The position numbers were made by a program, and so were the translations under genes. The notes below the pieces were generated by a model. That model saw nothing but the letters and a program-made list of their open reading frames with translations, did not search any database and was not told where the DNA came from. A stretch of 15,759 nucleotides of DNA from Promethearchaeota archaeon (GTDB taxonomy: Archaea; Asgardarchaeota; Lokiarchaeia; Sigyniarchaeales; SOKP01): NCBI GenBank assembly GCA_048941015.1, contig JBHLNZ010000067.1:1-15759 (forward strand), written 5' to 3'. Positions 7,060-15,759 of the stretch are shown piece by piece (position 1 is the first letter of the stretch; each line of letters begins with the position of its first letter).

Positions 7060-8346
7060 TTATTTTAAAAAATCAAAACTTTTTTCTTTTCTTGAGAAAA
7101 TATCCTTTTCATTAATACCCGATAATCGTCGAATATCCATAATTTTTGATGAGGAAAAATATTCAAAATCAAAATCTACAGGATCTCCTTGTTTTTTTCC
7201 CGGGATTGGCATTAATCGGGCTGTCAAGGGTTTATCAAGTCTAATTGAAATTATACATAAATCTAACAGAATATAAAATAGCTCTTTTTCTGTTATATCA
7301 CCAGGTAAAGGGACACAATCTAAACCTGTTCCGCAAATAGTGGCATAAAGTAATAAGGTATTTAAATCAATTCTGTCATCTGATAAGCTATGTGCGATTG
7401 TATAATCCTCCAGCACAGAGGGCATAAAGCCAGAAAATCCTATTATTTTTTCTCTCTTAGGTATCGCATTTTTTATGAGGGCAACTCCTATTAACGATCC
7501 ATAAGAACCAAAATATTCAAAATTTAACTTTTCAAACGCGGTACCTATACTTTTATCCTTTGTAGGGTAAGGAGCAGGTGAAAAATCTATACCATGAAAG
7601 TGTATATTATATTTATTTCCGATTTCTTCACATAAGGGAACTAAGTTTTCATAAATTTCATTGAATCTATTTCTTAAATTTACCTGTGCTTGGTTTAATG
7701 TTTCAGAACCATCAAAAGCATTGACAACTTCATCTGCCATTTCTAATGCTAAACTAAAAGAAGATTTTTCTGAGAGATGATACGCAGCTGGAAAGAAAGG
7801 TGTGTCAGGGGAAACGTTTGAACTTAAACAGAATTTTAGATTATTAAAGGGATCTGGCTGTGAAAGACTTTTTATGATTTTTGCTGCTGATCTTATTGCA
7901 GATAAATTAATCCCATTATCACTAGACGCCACATGTAATGATGTGAAAAATTTTTCTTTCCGTTTAATAAACTGAGGAACCTCGTTTAAAAATAACTTTT
8001 CATAAACACCATATTTAGTAATTTGGTGATCAGCCAAAAGTGTACAAGAAGCAAGATAATCAAGATCATAACTTTTAATTAATCGCTCTAAAATGCTTAG
8101 CTGATCATGAAGTCTTTCTAAAGTTTCATTAAGATTCTTTTGATAAAGTTGTTGTTCATAAGATAATATTGGCTGTGAACATATACGCTTTGTTTGAACT
8201 TTAATACCCAAATTATCAAGATTTTCTATTAAATCTCGATTAAATATAAAGAAGTTTTCAAATTTATCTTTCATTGAACTTTCAAGAAATTTATCATCAG
8301 TAAGAAACGGAATTTTTTGCCCGATTGTAATTGCTCGAATTTTCAT
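7060..8346 (-). CDS. DUF711 (UPF0210, PFL-like fold) family protein
   Basis: MKIRAITIG, VQTKRI, PFFPAAYH, GIDFSPAP, GFSGFMPSVLED, ICGTGLDCVPLPGD and KPLTARLMPIPG are characteristic DUF711 motifs. ATG 8346 is preferred. Confidence 0.85.
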   Translation of the reverse strand: MKIRAITIGQKIPFLTDDKFLESSMKDKFENFFIFNRDLIENLDNLGIKVQTKRICSQPILSYEQQLYQKNLNETLERLHDQLSILERLIKSYDLDYLASCTLLADHQITKYGVYEKLFLNEVPQFIKRKEKFFTSLHVASSDNGINLSAIRSAAKIIKSLSQPDPFNNLKFCLSSNVSPDTPFFPAAYHLSEKSSFSLALEMADEVVNAFDGSETLNQAQVNLRNRFNEIYENLVPLCEEIGNKYNIHFHGIDFSPAPYPTKDKSIGTAFEKLNFEYFGSYGSLIGVALIKNAIPKREKIIGFSGFMPSVLEDYTIAHSLSDDRIDLNTLLLYATICGTGLDCVPLPGDITEKELFYILLDLCIISIRLDKPLTARLMPIPGKKQGDPVDFDFEYFSSSKIMDIRRLSGINEKDIFSRKEKSFDFLK

Positions 8347-8488
8347 AGTGATTTCCAAAAAAAGAAAATTGAATTCATTTTTAATTGATAAAATAATAAA
8401 GAAAAATCCTTAATAAGATTTATAGGATAATAAATAAATTGATATTGTTTTTAAAACTGATATAATCAAATAAAAGAATGATGACATT

Positions 8489-10888
8489 TCATAATTCATC
8501 TAATTTCGCTTTCTTTTTTGCTTTTTCTTCAATTGCTAATGGTCTTTTATATTCTCCAGGTTTAATGGGGCCTAAATTCTCGAGATCAGTTTTAAATTTT
8601 ATAATTTCTTGTGCAAATTTTTCACCTTCTCCTGCTGATATACTGATTATTTTGACTCGATTTTCATTAATACCTGTTTCAGCGAGCATTTCTTTTATAC
8701 TTGCATATCGCGTTTTTGCTCTAATAAAACCTGTGTTATAATGACAATCTTGCTCATGACAGCCTGCTATCAGCACTCCATCAGCACCTAAGAAAAAGCT
8801 TTCAAAAACTAAGGAGGGATCAAGCATAGCTGTACACATTACGTGAATAACTCTAACATTAGAAGGATAAGTTATTTTACTTGTACCTGCTAAATCAGCC
8901 CCCATATAGGAACACCAATTGCATAGAAAAGCCACTATTAATGGATAATCACTTTTACCTTTACTCAAAATGGTTTTGATTTGATTGGAAATTTGTAATT
9001 TTTTAAAACCTGGAATATATAAAGCATCATTTGGGCACATAGCAGCGCATGCTCCACATCCTGAACAATTTGCTTGAGTTAATATTAATTTTTTGCCCTC
9101 TATTTTTATTGCATTAAACATACAGATTTGTTCACACAATCTGCATAAATCACATTTTTTCACATCATAATATACAATATGTGGATCTAATTCTACTTTT
9201 CCTCTTGATATAAGGGCAATAGCTTTAGCTGCCGCACTTTCTGCTTGAGCAATACTATTTGGAATATCCTTTGGTCCTTGAATAACACCTGCTAAAAAGA
9301 TTCCATTAACAGAAGTTTCAGAAGGTTTTATCTTTAGATGTTTTTCCAATAAAAATCCATATGGATCTTGGGATATATTTAATATTTGACTTAATTGCTC
9401 TGTTCCTTTAGCCGGTTCAATTCCAATCGCTAGAATGACTAGATCAGTAAAATTTTCGAAGATTTTATTCTCAATAACATCTTCACCACGGATTAGAAGT
9501 TCATCCTCTTTAGATAAATCACTTTTTAAAATTGCAGAAACATTACTTTTTATAAATCTTATTCCAAAAACTTCACGAGCTCGATTATAAAATTCTTCAC
9601 AATTTTTACCCATAGCCCTAATATCGTTATAGTATATATTAATATGAATATCAGGGTATTCCTTTTTAAGTAATACTGCTTCTTTTATTGCCACATTACA
9701 ACATACTTGACTACAATAATCGCGATGAATAACACTGTTTCTTGATCCTACGCATAAAATAAAAGATACTTTTTTAGGGGGTTTTCCATTAGAAGGACGA
9801 ACTACCCTACCATGAGTTGGTCCATCATTATTAAGTAATCTTTCCATTTGCATGGTAGTAATTACATCGGGATATTTTTGATAATTAAGTTCGCCTAATA
9901 CACTGGGATCAAACGTGGTAAATCCTGTAGCCACAATAATTGAACCTACATTTATTATTATTTTCTCAGATTTTTGTTCAAAATCAATGGCATCTCTATC
10001 GCAAGCTTGTTCACAAGCTTTACAGCCTATACAATATTCCTCTAAAATATTGGGAAAAAGAGGGATAGCCTGGGGATAAGGCACATCTATTGCTTTTCTC
10101 GGAAAAAATGTATCATTAACATCAATTGGACAAACATCTCTACATATATCAAAACATCCTACGCAATTTTCCTCAATAATAAATCGGGGCTTTTTATTAA
10201 TAGTTACTTCAAAATTACCGACATAACCTTCAACTTTTTGTACTTCTGAATAAGTTAATAACTCAATATTTGGATGATCTTTTACTTCTCCCATAAGCGG
10301 ACCTAAAATACAAATACTACAATCTAGTGTAGGAAATGTTTTGTCAAACAAAGCCATGTGACCCCCAATAGTTAGATCTCTTTCCACTAAGTATACCTTA
10401 TAACCAGCATCAGCAATAACTAAAGCTGCTTTAATACCTGCTATTCCTCCGCCTATAATTAATGTTGAAGGAATAATATTTGCATATTGAACTTCAAGTG
10501 GTTCCAATAATTTAACATGTTCGATTGCCATATTTATTTGGTCAATTGCCTTAATCGTTGCTTTTTCAGGTTCATCAGAATGAACCCAAGAATTCTGTTC
10601 CCTTATATTTGCAAAGGAAATAAGAAATCTATTAATACCTGCCTTCTCAATTGTTTTACGAAATAGTAAACCATGTAATTTAAAAGAACAAGAAGCAATA
10701 ACTACTCGATCAATTTTTTTTTCTTCAATTTCTTCTGTTATTTTGTTTAATCCTGTCTCGGAACATAAGTATTGATCACCAAACACATAGACATCGGGAT
10801 ATTCCTTAAAGTGTTCAATTAATCTTTGGTTATCAATTACGCCACTAATATTTTTTCCACAATCACAAATAAATAATCCAATTTTCAA
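8489..10888 (-). CDS. hdrA: Heterodisulfide reductase subunit A fused to a C-terminal MvhD (hydrogenase delta, [2Fe-2S]) domain
   Basis: N-terminal CDCG/YLCS/ASCS, ANIREQNSWVH, FAD motif IIGGGIAG, DKTFPTLDCSICI, CVGSR..YCSQVCC, GPKDIP, four ferredoxin motifs. MvhD part: AFLCNWCSY..ADLAG..GADGVLIAGC..DCHY..ISAGEG. TTG start. Confidence 0.93.
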   Translation of the reverse strand: MKIGLFICDCGKNISGVIDNQRLIEHFKEYPDVYVFGDQYLCSETGLNKITEEIEEKKIDRVVIASCSFKLHGLLFRKTIEKAGINRFLISFANIREQNSWVHSDEPEKATIKAIDQINMAIEHVKLLEPLEVQYANIIPSTLIIGGGIAGIKAALVIADAGYKVYLVERDLTIGGHMALFDKTFPTLDCSICILGPLMGEVKDHPNIELLTYSEVQKVEGYVGNFEVTINKKPRFIIEENCVGCFDICRDVCPIDVNDTFFPRKAIDVPYPQAIPLFPNILEEYCIGCKACEQACDRDAIDFEQKSEKIIINVGSIIVATGFTTFDPSVLGELNYQKYPDVITTMQMERLLNNDGPTHGRVVRPSNGKPPKKVSFILCVGSRNSVIHRDYCSQVCCNVAIKEAVLLKKEYPDIHINIYYNDIRAMGKNCEEFYNRAREVFGIRFIKSNVSAILKSDLSKEDELLIRGEDVIENKIFENFTDLVILAIGIEPAKGTEQLSQILNISQDPYGFLLEKHLKIKPSETSVNGIFLAGVIQGPKDIPNSIAQAESAAAKAIALISRGKVELDPHIVYYDVKKCDLCRLCEQICMFNAIKIEGKKLILTQANCSGCGACAAMCPNDALYIPGFKKLQISNQIKTILSKGKSDYPLIVAFLCNWCSYMGADLAGTSKITYPSNVRVIHVMCTAMLDPSLVFESFFLGADGVLIAGCHEQDCHYNTGFIRAKTRYASIKEMLAETGINENRVKIISISAGEGEKFAQEIIKFKTDLENLGPIKPGEYKRPLAIEEKAKKKAKLDEL

Positions 10889-11019
10889 ATTAATAACACA
10901 TTAGTAAATGAAATTTTCGCAATATTATGAATAATATAAACTTAATTTTTTATTAATTGTTCCTAATTAATAAGAAAAGTTAATTTTAACGCTTGTCAAA
11001 AATAATTATAATAAGTGTT

Positions 11020-11613
11020 TTATTTATTAACCATATCCCTCGTCAAAAAGGGATATATCTTTAGAATATCGAAATTGTTATTTTTCATTTCCAAGAAATA
11101 ATTTTTTTCAATTAAATATTCTTTATTAGCCCAATCTAAGATTTTTTCTTTGGAATAAAAAGTGCCTTTTAAATCACGCAATCCTGGGCACTTTTTTGAA
11201 TAATCTATTAAATTTTTTCTGCTAGTAACCATCATCTGCCAAAAAGGAAAGCATCTACATTGAAATGGACGAACTGAGTGTACAGTACATTTATCATCTT
11301 TTAAAAATTCACAATGTTCATCTTTACCAGTAAACTTAAAGCCTAAAGTATCGATTTTGTAATTTTTTCCTCTTGTTGTATCTGGATCCTTCCAATAAAA
11401 TCTGTTTTTTATTACTTTAAGATACTTTTTTGCAAACTTTGTTAATGCTTCATTTCCTTTATAGCCTAAAAAATTAGCTAAATTAAGAATGTCATCTCTA
11501 TATAAATAGACTTCTCCTTCATTAAAACCTCGGCAACAAGTTCCACACATGTGACAAGAAAAGTGAATTCCGTTTTCAAGACTTTTGGATATTTTAAGTT
11601 CAGTTGATGTCAA
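11020..11613 (-). CDS. YkgJ-family (CxxCxxCC) putative Zn/Fe-S cluster protein
   Basis: FSCHMCGTCC ... CEFL..KCTVHSVRPFQCRCFPFW ... CPG. TTG start is uncertain. Confidence 0.85.
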   Translation of the reverse strand: MTSTELKISKSLENGIHFSCHMCGTCCRGFNEGEVYLYRDDILNLANFLGYKGNEALTKFAKKYLKVIKNRFYWKDPDTTRGKNYKIDTLGFKFTGKDEHCEFLKDDKCTVHSVRPFQCRCFPFWQMMVTSRKNLIDYSKKCPGLRDLKGTFYSKEKILDWANKEYLIEKNYFLEMKNNNFDILKIYPFLTRDMVNK

Positions 11614-11743
11614 TTTGATTAATATTTCTCTAATATCTAACTTTAGTATAGTTTTTAATACAAGGATAATAAATTTATATTTTAATATTAATTCATTGAT
11701 TAATTATAATAATAGTTTCAAGGATTCTAAATCTTTCTCCATT

Positions 11744-14014
11744 ATGATAAATTCCAAGAGAATTGACCCAAAAGATCTGCATGATCTTGAAGAAAAAATT
11801 GAAGAATTAGGAATTTTCTTGAGCAATCAAGAATTCCAAAAGACTGATCATTATAAGCTTTGGTATAAAGATTTTAGTAGAATTTATGGGCAAAATTTTA
11901 CTAATTTACGATTATATGTATTATCAGCGATATTATACTTTATGGGATACTTATTTATAGTCAAAATAATTAGAAATAAAAATAAAGAGTTTGATTTTGA
12001 AAAAATTAACACAAATATATTAAAGGAGATGCCAATAGAAATTGAAAGAAATTATCCTAATTTAGGGAAATTTACTATTGAATATTATAATATATTTCTT
12101 ACTATATTTCCCAAAGAACTCTTGAAATCTTTGACTGAAATTTTTCATTATTTATTAAAATCTATACTAAATTCTAAATTAAATCCAGAATACTTCTTTG
12201 ATTATCTCGTACAAAGTTTCTTATCTCCCTTAATCAGACATAAATCAGGAGAATTCTATACTCCTCCTTTTTTAGTAAAAAAGATGGTAAATTTTTCTTA
12301 TACTTTTGGAGAAAAAGTATTAGATCCTAGCTGTGGTTCTGGAAATTTTTTAATTGAAATTATCAAAAAAATTTTAACAACCAATAAAGCTAGACAAGAG
12401 AAAATAAAAGCAATAAGCAATATCCATGGCTATGATATTAACCCATTAACGATTTTTTTCGCAAAATTGACTTTCTTATATTTACTTAATGAAAAATTTT
12501 CCAAATTTGATATTAATTTATATGTTTTTGATAGTTTATTTCAAAATGATAAGAATTTACAAACTAAATTCGATTTAATAATTGGAAATCCTCCATGGTA
12601 TACTTTAAGGGATATTGATTCTCTCGAGATTCAAAATAAAGTCAAGAAATTAGCTGAAGAGCTTGAAATTAAACCCACACCTAAGAATGTTTTAAATATA
12701 GAAATCTCAGCACTGTTCTTTTATAAAGCGAAGGAATATTTCATGAAAAAAAAAGCAAAAATCTTTTTTGTTATTACGAAAGGGGTAATAAGCGGCTCTC
12801 ATGCCTCACGGTTTCGTAGCTTTAAAGGATTTAGTGAAATTAGAATATGGCTATTTAGTAAAAATATTGAAAAGATATTTAATATTGATTTTATCTGTTT
12901 ATATGCTAGAAAATCTGAAAATCCTGAATTTATTAGCAAATTCGAGATTCCAGCACATCAATTTTCTTTAAAGACGTGCACGGAGTCCCTTAATTATTTT
13001 AATGACATTGAACTAATACAAGAAAATTCAAAAACTTTAGTACCTTATTCAATCGAGAAAAAATCGGGAAAAATTCTTATAAAAAAGCTGATTTCTCAAG
13101 AGGACAAAAGAAACTTATTACCTATAAATGCGAGCTATTATAAAAATTTATTTCATAAAGGAGCAGATTTAAATCCTCGGAATTTAATATTCGTTATTTA
13201 TGAAAATCAAAACAATGATTTAGTTAAAATTAATACAGATCCAAGAGTCCTTAAAAGAGCTAAAACTCCTTGGAATAAAGAGGAATTTAAAAATGAATTA
13301 ATAGAAAAAAAATATATTTTTAAAGTAGTAAAAAGCACAGAACTTGTAAAGTTTTTAATTTATGACCATTATTACGTATTTCTACCATTAGAAAAAAAGA
13401 GTTTAGACTTCAATATTTCCACACTGGGAAAATATGCTAAAAGATTTTATGATACGATAAATAAAATTTATCTTAATAATAAAAAATCAACAACAAAAAA
13501 TAATTCACTGATGGAAAATTTAGATAGATGGTCTAAATTACGAAACCCAAGACAAATATCTAATATTAAAGTAGTTTATAACAACTCAGGTTCAATTATG
13601 AATGCTGCTGTTATTGAAGGTAACTTTTTAGTTACGGGAGATCTATCTTTTTTTAATACAGATGATCTTGATGAAGCTTATTATCTCAGTGCCATTTTAA
13701 ATTCATCCTTAATGAACAAACAAATCAGAATAAAAAAGAGTTCAAGGCATATTTTTAAAATTCCATTTGAGACACCGATAAAAAAATATGACGCTTCATT
13801 GAAAAATCATAGAGAACTGGTGGAATTAGCTAAAAAGGGTCATCATATAGCAAGAGAGACTGTTGAAAAACTGAAAAAAAAGCAAGATACTTTCCCTTCA
13901 AAAATAATTATTCAAAAAATGATTAAAACTAATTTAAAACAAATTTTAAAACTAATTGACAATAGTTTAAAAAAAGAATTTAGTAATTTAGATAATTCAG
14001 AAATAATATATTAA
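11744..14014 (+). CDS. Amino (N6-adenine) DNA methyltransferase, gamma-class / type IIG-Eco57I-like, with C-terminal target-recognition region
   Basis: Motif X GEFYTP, motif I VLDPSCGSGNF, GYDINP, motif IV FDLIIGNPPW, and C-terminal EAYYLSAILNS. ATG 11744 (MINSKR) is preferred over TTG 11585, giving 756 aa. Confidence 0.85.
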   Translation: MINSKRIDPKDLHDLEEKIEELGIFLSNQEFQKTDHYKLWYKDFSRIYGQNFTNLRLYVLSAILYFMGYLFIVKIIRNKNKEFDFEKINTNILKEMPIEIERNYPNLGKFTIEYYNIFLTIFPKELLKSLTEIFHYLLKSILNSKLNPEYFFDYLVQSFLSPLIRHKSGEFYTPPFLVKKMVNFSYTFGEKVLDPSCGSGNFLIEIIKKILTTNKARQEKIKAISNIHGYDINPLTIFFAKLTFLYLLNEKFSKFDINLYVFDSLFQNDKNLQTKFDLIIGNPPWYTLRDIDSLEIQNKVKKLAEELEIKPTPKNVLNIEISALFFYKAKEYFMKKKAKIFFVITKGVISGSHASRFRSFKGFSEIRIWLFSKNIEKIFNIDFICLYARKSENPEFISKFEIPAHQFSLKTCTESLNYFNDIELIQENSKTLVPYSIEKKSGKILIKKLISQEDKRNLLPINASYYKNLFHKGADLNPRNLIFVIYENQNNDLVKINTDPRVLKRAKTPWNKEEFKNELIEKKYIFKVVKSTELVKFLIYDHYYVFLPLEKKSLDFNISTLGKYAKRFYDTINKIYLNNKKSTTKNNSLMENLDRWSKLRNPRQISNIKVVYNNSGSIMNAAVIEGNFLVTGDLSFFNTDDLDEAYYLSAILNSSLMNKQIRIKKSSRHIFKIPFETPIKKYDASLKNHRELVELAKKGHHIARETVEKLKKKQDTFPSKIIIQKMIKTNLKQILKLIDNSLKKEFSNLDNSEIIY

Positions 14015-14087
14015 ATTATATTAGTCCTAATTATTTTTACTAAATAAAAAATTTGTCTATGATCTTTCGATTATTAAAATTGTAATA

Positions 14088-14618
14088 ATGTTCCATAAAA
14101 GTTTTGTTTTTAAAATTCTTATTGCTGGTGATGGTGGAGTAGGAAAAACCACCCTACTCCGTAGATTTGTTGATGGAGTTTTCGATGAATCAACTATAGA
14201 AACTGTTGGGGTAGATTTTTTTTTAAAAGAATTAAAGTTTGAAGAATTAAGAATTAAATGTTCATTACAATTATGGGATTTAGGAGGACAAGAACGGTTC
14301 CGGCATCTTTTAGATAGTTTTATTATGGGGGCTAGAGCAGCTCTTTTATTATTTGATTTAACAAGAATGCCAAAAATGAATAGTATTTTAGATTGGGTTA
14401 ATATAGTCAGGTTACATGATATTACCTTACCAATCATGTTAGTTGGAACTAAATTAGATCTTGAAGATGCGATTGCAGTTGATGACGAATACGCCTATAA
14501 TGTTAAAAACACTTTTAATATGTTAAACTATTTTAAAACATCTTCTAAAAATGCTTATAATGTTAACAAAGTATTTGAAGCATTAGCTAAAGAATTAATG
14601 AAAAAAAGTAAATATTAG
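14088..14618 (+). CDS. Rab-like small GTPase (Asgard Ras superfamily)
   Basis: G1 GDGGVGKT, G2 T followed by VGVDF, G3 WDLGGQERF, G4 TKLD, G5 TSSK. 176 aa with no C-terminal Cys. Confidence 0.92.
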   Translation: MFHKSFVFKILIAGDGGVGKTTLLRRFVDGVFDESTIETVGVDFFLKELKFEELRIKCSLQLWDLGGQERFRHLLDSFIMGARAALLLFDLTRMPKMNSILDWVNIVRLHDITLPIMLVGTKLDLEDAIAVDDEYAYNVKNTFNMLNYFKTSSKNAYNVNKVFEALAKELMKKSKY

Positions 14619-14667
14619 ATTCTAATATTAATTAGCTTTACTTAAATACTTGTTTTAAATTATAAAA

Positions 14668-15474
14668 ATGAATGATAAACTCATTATACTAGGATCTGGT
14701 GGGGGAAGACATCATATAAGAACCCAATATAGAGCAACAGGAGGTATATTATTTAAATTTAATAATATACAAGCCCATATCGACCCTGGACCGGGTGCGA
14801 TAGTACGAATTAATGAATATAATGAAGATCCTCTTAAAACTGAGTTAATTATTGTCACACATGCTCATGTTGATCATTATAATGATTTAACAGTGATTAT
14901 TGAAAGTTCGAGAGAAATATTACATGATAAGAACTATAATTATTATAAAAGAGGAGTATTGCTTACCACGGAAGAGGTTCTAAAATATATATCAGATTAT
15001 CATCTTGAAATGCTTGAAAAATATGTTTCTTTTAAAGCTGGAGACAGATATGAGTATAAAGGAGTAGAAATTATTGGTACTAAAGTAGTTCACTCCCCCT
15101 TAATTGAGGGTTTTGGTGTTAAGTTTAGGTTGAAAGATTACACACTTGCTTTTACAAGTGACACTATGGTATATGATGATTTTTCTAACCAGTATTCTGG
15201 CTCAAATATTTTAATCCTTAATCTATTAAGACCTGACTCTATCACTTGTAAAAGACATCTATGTACTGATGAAGTAATACCTTATCTAAATAAAATTAAT
15301 CCACCACTTGAAGCATTAATTATTACTCATTTCGGTTCCTACATGGATAGTCCGAGATCTGAGAAAAATTTTGTACCAAGTCAAGTAAAAAAATTCAAAC
15401 ATAAAACAAATATTAAAAGAATAATAGCGGCAGAAGATGGTTTGAAAATCGACATTAATGAACTTTTGACTTAA
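14668..15474 (+). CDS. Metallo-beta-lactamase fold hydrolase (RNase Z/PhnP-like)
   Basis: ILGSGGG, IDPGPG, THAHVDH (HxHxDH), VVH, TSDT, HL, ITHF, AEDG. Confidence 0.85.
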   Translation: MNDKLIILGSGGGRHHIRTQYRATGGILFKFNNIQAHIDPGPGAIVRINEYNEDPLKTELIIVTHAHVDHYNDLTVIIESSREILHDKNYNYYKRGVLLTTEEVLKYISDYHLEMLEKYVSFKAGDRYEYKGVEIIGTKVVHSPLIEGFGVKFRLKDYTLAFTSDTMVYDDFSNQYSGSNILILNLLRPDSITCKRHLCTDEVIPYLNKINPPLEALIITHFGSYMDSPRSEKNFVPSQVKKFKHKTNIKRIIAAEDGLKIDINELLT

Positions 15475-15593
15475 GATTACTTTTCTTGTATGAATTCTAA
15501 ATTAGACAAAAAAAAATAATGAATGATTATTAAAAATAAATCATACATTTTGTTCTTGATAGTAGGACTCCTATAATTTATAATACAACAATT

Positions 15594-15758
15594 TTAAAAG
15601 GACGAAGTGACATTACTAATTAGGAAGGGAAATTTAAAAACGATAATTTGAGCTAACATTGGATTTCGCCCTCTATTAAACTCGTTGAGTTTAATTCTCT
15701 CCCTGATTTTTAAATTTCGCTCAAATCTTTCGTTCCCTTCACTTTCTTTTTTAAAAAT
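15594..15758 (-). CDS. Possible 3' end of a CDS entering from the right edge
   Basis: The minus-strand frame is open for 54 codons from the edge (IFKKESEGNERFERNLKIRERIKLNEFNRGRNPMLAQIIVFKFPFLISNVTSSF*). No family recognised, and it overlaps a self-complementary region. Confidence 0.4.
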   Translation of the reverse strand: MFKKESEGNERFERNLKIRERIKLNEFNRGRNPMLAQIIVFKFPFLISNVTSSF

Positions 15759-15759
15759 A

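Noticed and set aside
6986-7276. 96-aa plus-strand ORF
   Set aside because: Mostly antisense to the DUF711 3' end. The remainder is low-complexity AT-rich sequence.
8478-8741. 87-aa plus-strand ORF
   Set aside because: Antisense shadow of the MvhD domain.
8359-10888. Selenocysteine recoding/SECIS for HdrA-MvhD
   Set aside because: There is no in-frame TGA, and all expected ligand positions are Cys. No convincing SECIS stem lies downstream.
11585-11743. Apparent head-to-head overlap of the MTase and YkgJ ORFs
   Set aside because: The Asn/Ile/Ser-rich extension from a TTG is translated intergenic DNA. The likely start is ATG 11744.
14057-14437. 126-aa minus-strand ORF
   Set aside because: Antisense shadow of the GTPase gene.
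15563-15573. Short palindrome TAGGA-C-TCCTA
   Set aside because: Only 5-bp arms and a single occurrence, compatible with chance.
1-15759. CRISPR array, tRNA/rRNA, transposase or integrase
   Set aside because: No regularly spaced repeats, cloverleafs, GC-rich RNA-like blocks or recombinase motifs were seen by eye.

Overview
AT-rich archaeal DNA, most likely Asgard (Lokiarchaeia-like). This is inferred from a gelsolin-domain protein, a Rab-like small GTPase, an HdrA-MvhD fusion and an archaetidylserine synthase-like gene. The window holds 14 complete CDS plus probable partial CDS at both edges. In order: PssA-like CDP-alcohol phosphotransferase (-); two tandem zinc-ribbon + scramblase/LURP-one (Tubby-C fold) paralogues (+); a single-gelsolin-domain protein (+); a zinc-ribbon + HEAT protein (-); class I FBP aldolase FbaB (-); two tandem ArsR-like wHTH paralogues (+); a Cys-motif hypothetical (-); DUF711 (-); HdrA-MvhD (-); a YkgJ-family protein (-); an orphan amino-DNA methyltransferase (+); a Rab-like GTPase (+); an MBL-fold hydrolase (+). 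The best candidate for an undescribed system is the 147-4557 cluster, which places serine-lipid synthesis next to scramblase/Tubby-like proteins and an actin regulator. A dense, partly crossing set of complementary segments at 15605-15744 may be a structured RNA. I saw no rRNA, tRNA, CRISPR array or IS. All family calls come from reading motifs; no database searches were run.
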